The notes under the pieces: generated by a model
Told to the model about the DNA's origin: nothing
Database searches by the model: none
The model's input: only the letters and a program-made list of their open reading frames with translations
DNA from: Gemmatimonadota bacterium
GTDB lineage: Bacteria > Latescibacterota > UBA2968 > UBA8231
Direction of reading: 5' to 3'
Length of the DNA: 30,653 bases
NCBI GenBank assembly: GCA_038153405.1
Contig: JAYOYH010000001.1
Coordinates: 1,493-32,145 of the forward strand
Made by a program: the position numbers and the translations under genes
In this document: positions 9,701-18,400 of the stretch, piece after piece
Numbering within the stretch: the first letter of the stretch is position 1
How the letters are laid out: the number at the start of each line of letters is the position of its first letter

Positions 9701-10788
9701 AATACCAGCTGGCCGTCCACGTCGATGGCTATTTGGACGGTCAGTATCCGCTGCTGCGCGTCGATCCGGGCACGGAGTTAAACGATATCAATCCAACGCG
9801 GCGGGCCAACGGGATTGACGACCCCGGCTATCTCGTCGCGGGCGATATTACGGGCTATGTCGATACCAATGGGGTATCGATCCCCGACAACGAGATCGAT
9901 CAGCTCGACGTCGACTTCGTCGTAGCCTACTTCGGACAGAAAGTCGTGGTCGCCAGCGCGGGTGCAGGTGCGGGTGCGGGTGCAGCTGCACCTGCGACAC
10001 CGCTGCATCCGGGTCACCTGGCCGATATCGACGGCGATAGTCTGGTGTGGATTGCCGATCTCAACGTCGTTGCCGCCAATTTCAACCAGCAGGGGGTCGC
10101 GCCCGTCTATAAAGTGGCCGTTCCGTTGGTCACTCCTGCGCCGTGGCACACTGTCGGTCAGGAGCGCGATGGTCTGTGGCACGTCGACGTCGTGGCCGAC
10201 GGTCTCGTCGATGCGCGCGCCTTGGCCTTCCGCCTGTTCTTTGACGAGTCGGTGTGGCGGGTTGAGGAGGTGGACGTGCGCGCCTTTGCCGGCCGCCCCG
10301 CGATTGCGGCTCGGAAAATGGGTCGCGGTGAGCTGGCTATGGGCATTGCCCTGAGCGGCTATCAACGCGGAGAGACGGGTTCCAGTCCGGTGGCGCGGAT
10401 TGCCCTGCGCCGCATAGGGGAAGGACCGGCTGCCGTCCAACTGCGCGATACCGAGTGGGTCGATGGGGCGCTGGTGCGCTACCAGCCGCTGGCCGCTCGG
10501 GTGGTGCCGGCGGCCTTTGCCCTATTGCCGAATTATCCCAACCCCTTTAACCCTGAAACGCAGCTGCGCTTTACGCTGCCGGCGCCCGGGCGCGTAACGC
10601 TGGAGATCTACGATGGGCTGGGACAGCGCGTGCGCACCTTGATCGCCGAGCAGCGGCCGGCCGGTTTTTACACGGTGGCCTGGGATGGGCGCGACCAGGC
10701 CGGTCGCGCCGTTGCTTCGGGCGCCTACTTGGCCCACCTGCGCAGCGGAGAATACCGCGCCGTGCGCAAGATGCTGCTGCTGCGCTAA
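6703..10788 (+). CDS. Family A secreted protein (1361 aa): signal peptide, novel N-terminal and repeat domains, cohesin-like, carboxypeptidase-regulatory-like, dockerin-like, second cohesin-like, FlgD-Ig/T9SS type-A sorting-like C-terminus
   Basis: TTG start at 6703 or ATG at 6712; signal peptide ending DVAA|Q. Cohesin-like region ~9020-9490. GSIRGRVALQGR..GSFDLLKVPSGEYQLAVHVDGYL. Dockerin-like LVAGDITG..DNEIDQLD..FG / ADIDGDSLVWIADLNVVAANF. C-terminal LLPNYPNPFNPET..WDGRDQAGRAVASGAY..KMLLLR. Confidence 0.9.
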   Translation: MKNMNRSFLLLPLIAALLFSLQDVAAQSVALSPQSLARVPKGASTSNPYWQRLAIVLTRNPSAGNTISISLPADISIADLDGDGSVEDEIALDDSSATGTGYTSVAGSTSSRILLTSGTGGTVGKVYVHYPIITPAQPVLPNAIYGQIAFSNPNEQSIPAGGLVLELVEPRQLRLATFSRLFVESAADTATNAQGDAYPEKASPAFSIPLPDLLSDRRGHLTSNAIARAGIAFADGNDGNDTRYHFWLSLRDTLDRVDTTVAVRATNRLTRSFVQGSEGDSLAVAFDATSLLDTTTYYVYMTSDLTGHFPLMRSRGIAVRHKPVVLGVGSFLSGDADFIDSGRLLSLDKGSAGPVDSTRAQVAIPFQVIDYDDSASVKLFYATADTLDTTFVQTTGTVPNRVISGLKNAAFVDSSTALFEGRDAELNWKIARNDSVFVARGNYYVYAVISDGKSLGIRRSTHTYNVRHSPLLILDSRENRTVETGGSKAERYYAITWNGDNGIGGDVARGDSALIALYYSDSSGFAVPSGAAELEAAAADSTRDTHRIVSGLQEKPDGRADNQYVWDLWRYKNPDGGGVPKEGVDYALYGIVQNDSTRRVVRWNDAGGTARKLRFIHRPHLRVLSPLHLLEVNGRSNFEVVWEAIDVDGAAQLWVVLTSAAAASALGDSTHYAALVGDGASDWVANSVDGSMAAATALSEDSTSALSVRPARMTRALDGSAQPLTNGDYYAYVLIAESASAAPPDSALARRASGRVRISGLGPAGAAGLDTPDVEFVPAELTMSAPIDTARIEVRPHSGGAQVDLLSFFASVDTTFFTVVDQDASLPGIQPFKLNPQLSGIVLRDTLLVGVDSLNAGKYLLDLVYYEQQGNRRFDGELSLASIQLVCRDTTGASTVSIDHLGNRQSAFFRDGSMVALLPPETAMRIRILPRGSIRGRVALQGRPNPAGIATLMLRDRNSFAPIADSLFVATNDLDRGKDGIQDSLASDGSFDLLKVPSGEYQLAVHVDGYLDGQYPLLRVDPGTELNDINPTRRANGIDDPGYLVAGDITGYVDTNGVSIPDNEIDQLDVDFVVAYFGQKVVVASAGAGAGAGAAAPATPLHPGHLADIDGDSLVWIADLNVVAANFNQQGVAPVYKVAVPLVTPAPWHTVGQERDGLWHVDVVADGLVDARALAFRLFFDESVWRVEEVDVRAFAGRPAIAARKMGRGELAMGIALSGYQRGETGSSPVARIALRRIGEGPAAVQLRDTEWVDGALVRYQPLAARVVPAAFALLPNYPNPFNPETQLRFTLPAPGRVTLEIYDGLGQRVRTLIAEQRPAGFYTVAWDGRDQAGRAVASGAYLAHLRSGEYRAVRKMLLLR
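9958..9996 (+). repeat. In-frame hexanucleotide microsatellite (GGTGCR)4 with decayed copies, encoding AGAGAGAGAAAPA
   Basis: Read directly: gcg ggtgca ggtgcg ggtgcg ggtgca gctgca cctgcg. Confidence 0.75.
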
Positions 10789-10799
10789 GGCGCTACCCC

Positions 10800-13700
10800 G
10801 TGCGACGCTTGTGCACATGGCTGGCGTGTGCGGCGCTAGTGGCCGCGCCGCTGGCCGCCCAAGAAGCCACCCTCTCTCTACAGCCCCTATCCGAAGGGCC
10901 CTTGGCCCCGGGCGACACGCTCGTCGTAGGTATCTACGTCGACGCCGGTGCGCTGGAGTTGACCTCGGCCAGCGCCTATGTGCGCTGCGATCCCTCCTTG
11001 TTGCACATCCTGACTGAAATGCCTACTGACGTTGGATCGATTGCTCCCTTTGTCAGCGGTTCGGCGTGGACGGCAACCGTCTATGAGAATGCCGGCGATC
11101 CGCTTACGGGCCAGCTGAGCTACGTGGCCGTCAGCCGTGCCGCTGCCGACGGCGAGCGCGCCGTAGCCAGCGGCCGCTTTTTGCTGGCCAGTGCGCGTTT
11201 GCGCCTCGTGGGCCTGCCGCCCGATGGGCGGATCGAGCTGAGCTTGGACGCCGGTGGACGCCGCCAGTCGACCTATACGCTGAGTGCTGAACCGGGTGTG
11301 GAAAGGCGTTTCTACATTGCGGAGCGCACATTGGCTGTTGCCGTAGAGGGCGAGGGGTTTGTGCCGCTGCCGGATCGCATCGTGGCCGCGGGCCAGTCGT
11401 GGACGGTCGATCTGGCAACCTATTACTCGGGTCCAATGGAAGCCGTCGTCGCCTGGGGAGCCGATGCCGACGAGGGAATCGACCTGCAGCGCCAAGGATC
11501 GGTGCTGCGTCTGGAGGCCGCTGCCGAGGGTATGGTGCGCTACTGGGCCGATGGGGCCGATGGGCGGCGTTACTTCGGTGCATTCGCGGTGCGCTTTGTC
11601 GCGCAGCCGGTCTATATACAGGCAGGAGGTCTGATCGAAATCGACGAGGACAGCGGTGCCTACCGCATTCCCCTGAGCCGATTTCTGCTCGATGGCGCCG
11701 CAGAGGGCGCTTGGGACGCTTGGGCCGAGGAGGGTGCGGATGTGCGCGTAGAGGGCGATGCGCTGGTTGTAGAACCGGTGCCCGATTGGTCGGGTCAGAC
11801 CGAGTTTGGGCTGCGTTTTTGCGCTATGGACAACACCTGTCAGACGGAGGACTGGCTGCTGCTGGTGCATGCGGACAACGATCCGCCCGCATTCGCCGAC
11901 CTAAAGCCGCTCGAACTTGTCGTGGGCCAGCGCCAGGTCCTGCCGCTGAACAGCTTAGTCCACGACGTCGACGACGACCTCGATGCGCTGGTGCTCGAGG
12001 TGAGTGAGTCGGCGCAGGTGAAGCTGGTGCGCGAAGGCTATATGCTGGTCGTCGAGGCGTTGGCTGTTGGCGATGCAGAGGTCAATCTGAGCGTTGTCGA
12101 TCCGGCCGGGGCTGCAGGCACTGCGGTGTGGTCCGTGCGCGTAAGCGCGCCCAGCGCGGGACCGCAGTTGACCGCATCGCCGGGCCTGCGGGTCATTGTC
12201 GGGCAGGTCGCTACCATCGATTTGAGCGCCTTTGTCGAAGACATCGACTCGGCGCTGGAGGACTTGGCGTGGACGGTGCGCGGCGAGGGCGTGGAGGTCT
12301 CCTGGCAAGAAGAGGCCGGGTCGCTGGTCGAACTCTATGCGACCGAGGGCAGCGCGGCCGCCCTCTATGTGCAGGTGCGCGATCGGCAGGGTAATGAGGC
12401 GACGGCGGTGTGGTCCGTCGCCATCGAAGCCGTCTCCGAGGACGCAGTGGATTTTCCGGCGCCGGTGCCCGTGGAGGGGCCGGGGGACGCGACTCAGCAG
12501 GCGTCCCCCGACTCAGCTGCCAGCACAGTAGACGAGGCAGAAGTATTGCCCGCAGAGGGCGATAGAGCAGACGCGCTGCCCGAGGCAGACGAAGGGTTTT
12601 CCGAAGAGGCCGTCTGGCCAGATGAGGGCGGATCGGCGCCAGCTGCGTCGGCCGTAGGGGATGGGTCCGAGTCCTCGGATACCGCTGAGCAGGTAAAAGG
12701 GGATACAGCCGATGTGCCGGTTGCGGAAGGGGAAGAAACGGCGGCCGACTCTGCAGCCGTGTATGTGGTCGTCGAGGAACAGCAAGACAACGCAGGGGAC
12801 GTTGAGGCCGTAGAGGGTGAAGAAGGGGGTCAATGGGAACTCATGCCCATCGATCTCGTGCAGCTTAGAGCGGGTGCGTCGTGGAGCGTGGAGTTGTCTC
12901 CCTATGTGCAGGGAATCCAACCGGAGGCGCTGCGCTGGAGCGCCGTTGCTGGGCCTGGCGTGGCTGTCAGCCTGGCGGGCAGCCGGGCCGCACTGCAGGT
13001 CGAGGCTGGGTATTACGGCCGGACTCAGTTGGTTTTTCGCGCCGTCGATGCTGTTGGTCGGGAGCGCAGTCTGAGTTTGGTTGTCGAGGTGATTGTGCCG
13101 TGGTCGCTGGCAGATATACCCGATGTAGAGCTGGCTCAAGGCGATTCGCTCTTTATCGATTTGAGCACCTACGTAGACGCCGACGTCGCGTGGTCTGCAA
13201 CCGGCGGAGAGGGCCTGTCTATCGAATGGGCCGATGGGGGTGCTCTGCTCAGGGTAGAGGAAGGCTTTAGCGGCCGCAGTGCGCTGATCTTCACCGCCGT
13301 CGATGAGGCGGGCTACAGCGCCGCCGATGCCGTGCGCGTCGAGGTGAGAGCCGGTGATGAACCTGAAGACAGTGGGGCGCCGGGTGTGGATGCTGCAGAG
13401 GAGGCTGCAGGAGGCGGCTCTGTAGAACTAGCGCTGGGTTGGTGGGGCGACGTTGCGCTGGCGCAGGGAGGGATTTGGACGACGCCGCCGCTCGACGAAT
13501 TGGTGCTCAGCGGCGCGGCGGTCGAAGTGCAGTGGTCGCTGCGCGGCGGCGCGTTCGTCACGGCGCATATCGACAGCGCGCGCCGCGTCGTGCTCAATGG
13601 AGCGCTTGCTCGCATGGGGCGCGAAGTGTTCTGGCTGGTCGCCGTCTGGAACGATCAGCGCCGCGAGGTGGCCCTCGGCGTGCAGGTGGGGGCGCGCGAA

Positions 13701-15092
13701 CCGACGCTGCGTGTGCCGGAAGGGGAAGTGCTGGCCACGCCGGACGGCTACGATTTGGCACACCTGTTGGACGGTGATTCCACCGGCGTGGCGTGGAGTG
13801 GGGAAGCAGACGACGCGCAGGTATACATTGCAGACGGCCTGCTGTTTGTGCGGGCCGAGCCCGGCCTCTATGCGGTCCTCCTGGCAGCGCATCTACCTTC
13901 GGGACGTCGCCTCGGAGTCAATCTGTCTGTGCGCGTGCCGGCCGAAACGGTAGAAGGAGAAGCGCTCGAAGAAGCGCAAGTAAAAGTCGCAGCGGCGGCT
14001 GATGAGCCGCTGGCCCCGGCATTCGATATGCCTGAGCGCATTGAAGTAGAGCGCGGGATGGGTGGGCGCTGGCCGCTGCGCATCGTCGATGGAGACAGTC
14101 CGATCGCAGAGTTGGTCGTCTCGTTGGCCGCGGTGGGAGGGCATGCGCATCTCGAAGCAGATCACCTAGTCGTAGAGGATGCGTTGGAGGCCTTTTACGT
14201 CGTTCTGCAGGTGCGTGATGCGCAGGGTTTGAGCGATTCGTTGCGCATCGATATACAGCCGCGCGATACGATTCCTCCCGAATTTGGACTGAGTGCTCAG
14301 GTCGATGGAACGGGGCGGGTGCGCTGGGTGGTGCACGGCGACGAGCCGCTGGCCACCGCGCTGCTCCTACTCGATGAGCAACCGGTACCGATCTTCGAAC
14401 GGACGGAGCGCCGAGTGACCTGGGAGCACGTTGCCGTCGATCAACAGAACCTACGCCTGCGCCTACTCGTAGGCGATGCGGCAGGCAATGTCGCCTCCGC
14501 GCAGCGCGAGGTCAGCGTCGGGTGGGCGGGCGGTGGACGCGCCGTGCACAGTGCCGACGGGCAGCTGCGCGTGCTGGCAGGGGGAGCGCGCGCACACGTG
14601 CTCATCTACGCCGAGGGAGAAGCCTACCGCATTGAATGCGCCGACGTTGAGCACTTCGAAGTGGCACTGCGCACAGGGCAAACGGAGGAGGGATTAGAAT
14701 ACGGCCAAGCCGGTGCGTGGCAATCGCTGCCAACAGTAGCCAGCAACGGGCTGCTGCGCGCGCGCGTAGACGGGTCTGGATGGCTGCGGTCTGGGGGCAT
14801 GCCGGCAGAGCACATCGCCCAACTAGCCCCCCGTGCTTTTCCCAACCCCTTTAACGCCGCAGTAACCATACGCTTGGAAATGCCAGTGGCCGGACGGCTA
14901 CAGGTGGAAGTGTTCGACGTGCTGGGTCGGTTGGTGCGCAAGGTAATGGCAGAAGAGCGAGCCGCTGGACCGTGGACCGCGCAGTGGGACGGGCGCGATA
15001 GCCGCGCGCGCGCCGTAGCCAGCGGGCCGTACTTAATTGTCGTCGATGCGGCGGGGCAGCGGCGGGTTGTGCCCGTTCTGTTGGTGAGGTGA
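10800..15092 (+). CDS. Family B secreted protein (1430 aa): signal peptide, N-terminal cohesin-like domain, tandem cadherin/Big-like repeats with acidic linkers, FlgD-Ig/T9SS sorting-like C-terminus
   Basis: GTG start 11 bp after the upstream stop; signal peptide ending PLAA|Q. Cohesin-like GDTLVVGIYVDAG..LTSASAYVRCDP..SGRFLLASARL. Repeats NDPPAF..DVDD and EDIDS..LAW. C-terminal AFPNPFN..WDGRDSRARAVASGPY..VLLVR. Confidence 0.88.
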   Translation: MRRLCTWLACAALVAAPLAAQEATLSLQPLSEGPLAPGDTLVVGIYVDAGALELTSASAYVRCDPSLLHILTEMPTDVGSIAPFVSGSAWTATVYENAGDPLTGQLSYVAVSRAAADGERAVASGRFLLASARLRLVGLPPDGRIELSLDAGGRRQSTYTLSAEPGVERRFYIAERTLAVAVEGEGFVPLPDRIVAAGQSWTVDLATYYSGPMEAVVAWGADADEGIDLQRQGSVLRLEAAAEGMVRYWADGADGRRYFGAFAVRFVAQPVYIQAGGLIEIDEDSGAYRIPLSRFLLDGAAEGAWDAWAEEGADVRVEGDALVVEPVPDWSGQTEFGLRFCAMDNTCQTEDWLLLVHADNDPPAFADLKPLELVVGQRQVLPLNSLVHDVDDDLDALVLEVSESAQVKLVREGYMLVVEALAVGDAEVNLSVVDPAGAAGTAVWSVRVSAPSAGPQLTASPGLRVIVGQVATIDLSAFVEDIDSALEDLAWTVRGEGVEVSWQEEAGSLVELYATEGSAAALYVQVRDRQGNEATAVWSVAIEAVSEDAVDFPAPVPVEGPGDATQQASPDSAASTVDEAEVLPAEGDRADALPEADEGFSEEAVWPDEGGSAPAASAVGDGSESSDTAEQVKGDTADVPVAEGEETAADSAAVYVVVEEQQDNAGDVEAVEGEEGGQWELMPIDLVQLRAGASWSVELSPYVQGIQPEALRWSAVAGPGVAVSLAGSRAALQVEAGYYGRTQLVFRAVDAVGRERSLSLVVEVIVPWSLADIPDVELAQGDSLFIDLSTYVDADVAWSATGGEGLSIEWADGGALLRVEEGFSGRSALIFTAVDEAGYSAADAVRVEVRAGDEPEDSGAPGVDAAEEAAGGGSVELALGWWGDVALAQGGIWTTPPLDELVLSGAAVEVQWSLRGGAFVTAHIDSARRVVLNGALARMGREVFWLVAVWNDQRREVALGVQVGAREPTLRVPEGEVLATPDGYDLAHLLDGDSTGVAWSGEADDAQVYIADGLLFVRAEPGLYAVLLAAHLPSGRRLGVNLSVRVPAETVEGEALEEAQVKVAAAADEPLAPAFDMPERIEVERGMGGRWPLRIVDGDSPIAELVVSLAAVGGHAHLEADHLVVEDALEAFYVVLQVRDAQGLSDSLRIDIQPRDTIPPEFGLSAQVDGTGRVRWVVHGDEPLATALLLLDEQPVPIFERTERRVTWEHVAVDQQNLRLRLLVGDAAGNVASAQREVSVGWAGGGRAVHSADGQLRVLAGGARAHVLIYAEGEAYRIECADVEHFEVALRTGQTEEGLEYGQAGAWQSLPTVASNGLLRARVDGSGWLRSGGMPAEHIAQLAPRAFPNPFNAAVTIRLEMPVAGRLQVEVFDVLGRLVRKVMAEERAAGPWTAQWDGRDSRARAVASGPYLIVVDAAGQRRVVPVLLVR

Positions 15093-15158
15093 GTTGGTGT
15101 GGTGCGACGCGCATGGGGGGGTTAAGGGGCTGTTGCGGTCGTGGAGATGTCGGCCGTC

Positions 15159-15192
15159 GGCGGCCATCCATGGGCGGCGCGCCTGTTTTTTT
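15159..15192 (+). terminator. Candidate intrinsic terminator after the first A-B gene pair
   Basis: GGCGGCC (15159-15165) can pair with GGC(G)CGCC (15176-15183) and is followed by TGTTTTTTT. The stem is imperfect with a 10-nt loop. Confidence 0.4.
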
Positions 15193-15418
15193 GCGCTCTA
15201 TCGGCCGCTGGGCACGCGGGTTGGAACGGGGTTTGCTCATTACTTGGCGTCCTGTATGAGAAGTTGAATGCAAACCGACCCGTGGGGGCAGGGATGTTAG
15301 CAAAACCCTACATATTGCGTTGTTCAGTGGGGCACAATTCCACCAAAAGGCGTTGGCACGGGGAAAAAAATTCTCTGTTGATCGGGCACTTTGTGCCGAG
15401 CCAGGTGTTGTACATACT
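15193..15418 (+). promoter_or_regulatory. Probable promoter/leader of the 15419-30529 operon
   Basis: This is the only long gap in the + strand cluster. It has lower GC, an A7 tract at 15364-15370 and an inverted repeat GGCAC-ttt-GTGCC at 15385-15397. Confidence 0.45.
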
Positions 15419-18400
15419 ATGATGATTCGAATGGCCATTCTCCTTCTCTCCAGCTGGTGGGGGCTGGATACGGCGCATGCGCAGACGGTGCAGATCGTGC
15501 CCAGCGAGTTGAGTCTCGTCCCGGTCGCCGGACTGGGCGACGATCGCTATTGGCAGCAGATTGAAGTAACGCTGGCCGTCGATGATCGGGCCAGCGCCGA
15601 ACTGCTGTCGATCGAATTGCCCGAGGCGATGAGCCTGGTGGACGATGACGAGGATGGAGCCTACGATGATGAAGTGCGCGTGGTATATCGCCCCATAGGC
15701 GATGAACAACCCGAGGTATTTGTCGCGGCGACTACCACCGCTCGACGCATCGTCATTGGCAGCGCACAGGGAGCGGCAGCAGGAGGGCAAATCTACGTTC
15801 AGTTTGCCTGCAATAACCCCGTGGCGCCGGTCGAATTGAGCGCGCGCTATGGCCGCATCGATTTTGCCGACGAGGGCGAAACCGATCTGCTCGAAGGGCC
15901 TCAATTGAGCTTTGTAACGCAAGAGGACTTTTCGGCGCTGGGATCGATGCAGGTAGTGCGCTACGCGCCCGTCCTCGGCGTTGAGGCCGATACGTCGGCC
16001 GCGCCCATTGGTCAGTTCTTTCCCGATGCCGCGCAAGTCCTGGTCGACAACTTGCCCGATCTCGTATTTGACGGGCCGGGAGGTTCGTCGAGCGATGCGT
16101 TGGAATTGGGCGACGGAGACGATAGCAACGACGTCGAGTATCGATTTTTCTTTTCTACACTTGGCAATTTGACGCGCGTCAACGAGGACACCGCCATTGA
16201 GGCGTCTATCGCCGGCGGAGATCCCTACATCGAGCGCGAAGGCGCGATGCGCTTGCTGCGTCTCGATATCAGCCAGTTATCTCCTGGCCTCTACTATTTG
16301 TATGTCACGTCTTCGCAGACGGGTTCGATTCCCCTGGGCCGCAGCCGTGGGATCGGCGTACTGCACACACCTCAATTTACCGTAGTCGGGCCACAAGAAG
16401 ACGTCACATTGGACTCTGGTGGACTGTATGACGCGGCGGGCATGGCAACAGGTAAGGGGATTCAGCAGATTGCGTTAGAGTATGAGCTAGTGGATTTAGA
16501 CGATGCCCCCCCTGTATTTCTCTTCTACAGCACAAAAGAGGTGTTAGAGAGCAGCAACGTATCAGCCGATGGCATTGCCGCGGGGGTTGCCAATGCTACT
16601 GCTCTTACGCCCGGCGGTCTCGCGGAATCGGCCGGCGTCTTTACTTGGGATATTCTCGCCGAGGGTTTGATACCTGAGGGCGAGTACTACATCTATGCCG
16701 TGGCCAGCGATGGAACGGGCACGACAATGCAGCGCAGTGAGGGAATCGTGCGCGTGCGCCACTCGCCTTTTCTGCGCCTTGACCCGCTCAACGATCGCGC
16801 CCATATCGGCGTCGATACGATTCGCACTGGGGGGGTGCACCCGCAGCGCTACATCACGTTTAGCTGGGGGCGCAGCGGTATGGATGGCGATAAAGATCTC
16901 GACGACGATGCGCATATCGCGCTCTACTACAGCAGCGAGCCGGCCGTAGAGCAGCCAGGCAGCAGCGGTCTCGCCGTTCCCGGTGGTGCCAGCCAGATGC
17001 TAACGGCGCTGAACGAGGGAAGAGCCGAGCTTGTATTTGGCGATATCCTCGAAGACCCCGACGGCCGCGCCGACAACCAGTATGTGTGGGATCTGTGGTC
17101 GCCGAGTAGAGATGGTATCTCGCTGCCGCAGGAAGGTGCCGTCTACTATGCCTACGGTCTGATTAGCGACGGTGAGAATCGTCGATTGGCGCAGATGAAC
17201 GGCGGGTATTTAAACGATGCCGCATCGCAGATGGTCTTTGTCCATTCTCCGTCTATCCTGCCGGTGCAGCCGGTTGCACCTATCGCCGTTGGTCCTGGTC
17301 TGTATGGGCGCACCACATGGGAAGATGTGGATCTCGACGACGATGCGCGCATTCGCGTGCTGCTCAGCGGCGAAGATTTAGGACCGCATCCCCTATACGG
17401 TGAAGTGAGCGCCGTGCGCAGCTACGTCGTCAATTCGGTTGACGGTCGGGCCGCTGTGCTCGTCGATACGCTATACGATCTGAGCGAGGATTCGCCGCAG
17501 GACCACTTTGACTTTGGCATTGAGCATATAGCCCGCGGTATTTCGACCGACGCGGCGTTGGAAGACGGCGAATACACCCTCTATTTAGCCATTGCCGATG
17601 GAAATAGCTTTGCCGACGCCCAGTGCTGGCGCGCGCCGGGGGCCATACAGGTGCAGGGACTGGGCGAGGCGGCGGCGCCAACCGTGCCGATTCGCCTGTT
17701 GCCCGAGCGCTTTAGCATGGGCAATGGGGGGGCGCTGCAGGTGTTTGAAGTGCGCGTTGATGCCGGCACAGAGGTCGACTTGGTGCAGGCCAGCTTTGTG
17801 GTGGACGGCGATGGTTTTGCCGTCGTCGACCAAGACGGAGAAGCAGAGGGCATTCAGCCCTTCGCTGTTAGCAACGGCTTTTCGCCGGCCAAACTCGTCA
17901 GCAATCGCGTCAGCGGCGACGAGGGCGGTCCGCAGATTCTCACACTCGAATACTTTGAACCCACGGCCAGAGCCATTGCCGGACTCGGCCCCGATAAGAC
18001 GCTAGCTACGTTTCAACTGCGCAGCTTGGAGTTGGAAGGACCGACGGCTATCGAATTGGTGGTCGAGGACGAGGGCGGCGATCTATCGCGCCTGCAGCGC
18101 GACGGTTTTTCCGTCGTCGAACTGGTCGCCGCGCCGCTGTCGCAGGGAGAACTCGTGCCTGGACGCGCCGTGCTGCGCGGCCTGCTGCAGCTAGAGGGCC
18201 GCACCGATATGACGTCGCAGGCTACCGTTGCGCTGCGCACTCGCGGCGATTATCGCCCCTTTGGCGATGTGCTTTTGGCCGAGACCAACGACGTCGATAT
18301 AGATGCCGCCGGTGTGCAGGTGGACGTTGCCGCCGACGGCCGCTTTGAACTATCCGAAGTGCCGGCGGGCCGCTGGAATCTGCACGTCCACGTCGACGGA

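Noticed and set aside
15353..15372. Sigma-54-like TTGGCACG
   Set aside because: The required -12 TTGC/GC element is absent; the sequence continues GGGAAAAAAA.
15320..15418. 33-aa N-terminal extension of A' from the TTG at 15320
   Set aside because: The signal peptide and the alignment to paralog A begin at the ATG at 15419, and the extension lies in AT-rich promoter-like DNA.
15141..15422. 93-aa ORF in the intergenic gap
   Set aside because: It has no recognisable motif or RBS and crosses the terminator-like T-tract. It cannot be strictly excluded.
5631..16036. Long alternative-frame or antisense ORFs (5631..6425, 5870..6532, 9778..10440, 10887..11870, 12513..13139, 14851..15438, 15308..16036)
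   Set aside because: They are shadows of GC-rich genes, often Arg-rich and without motifs, and they overlap well-supported CDSs.
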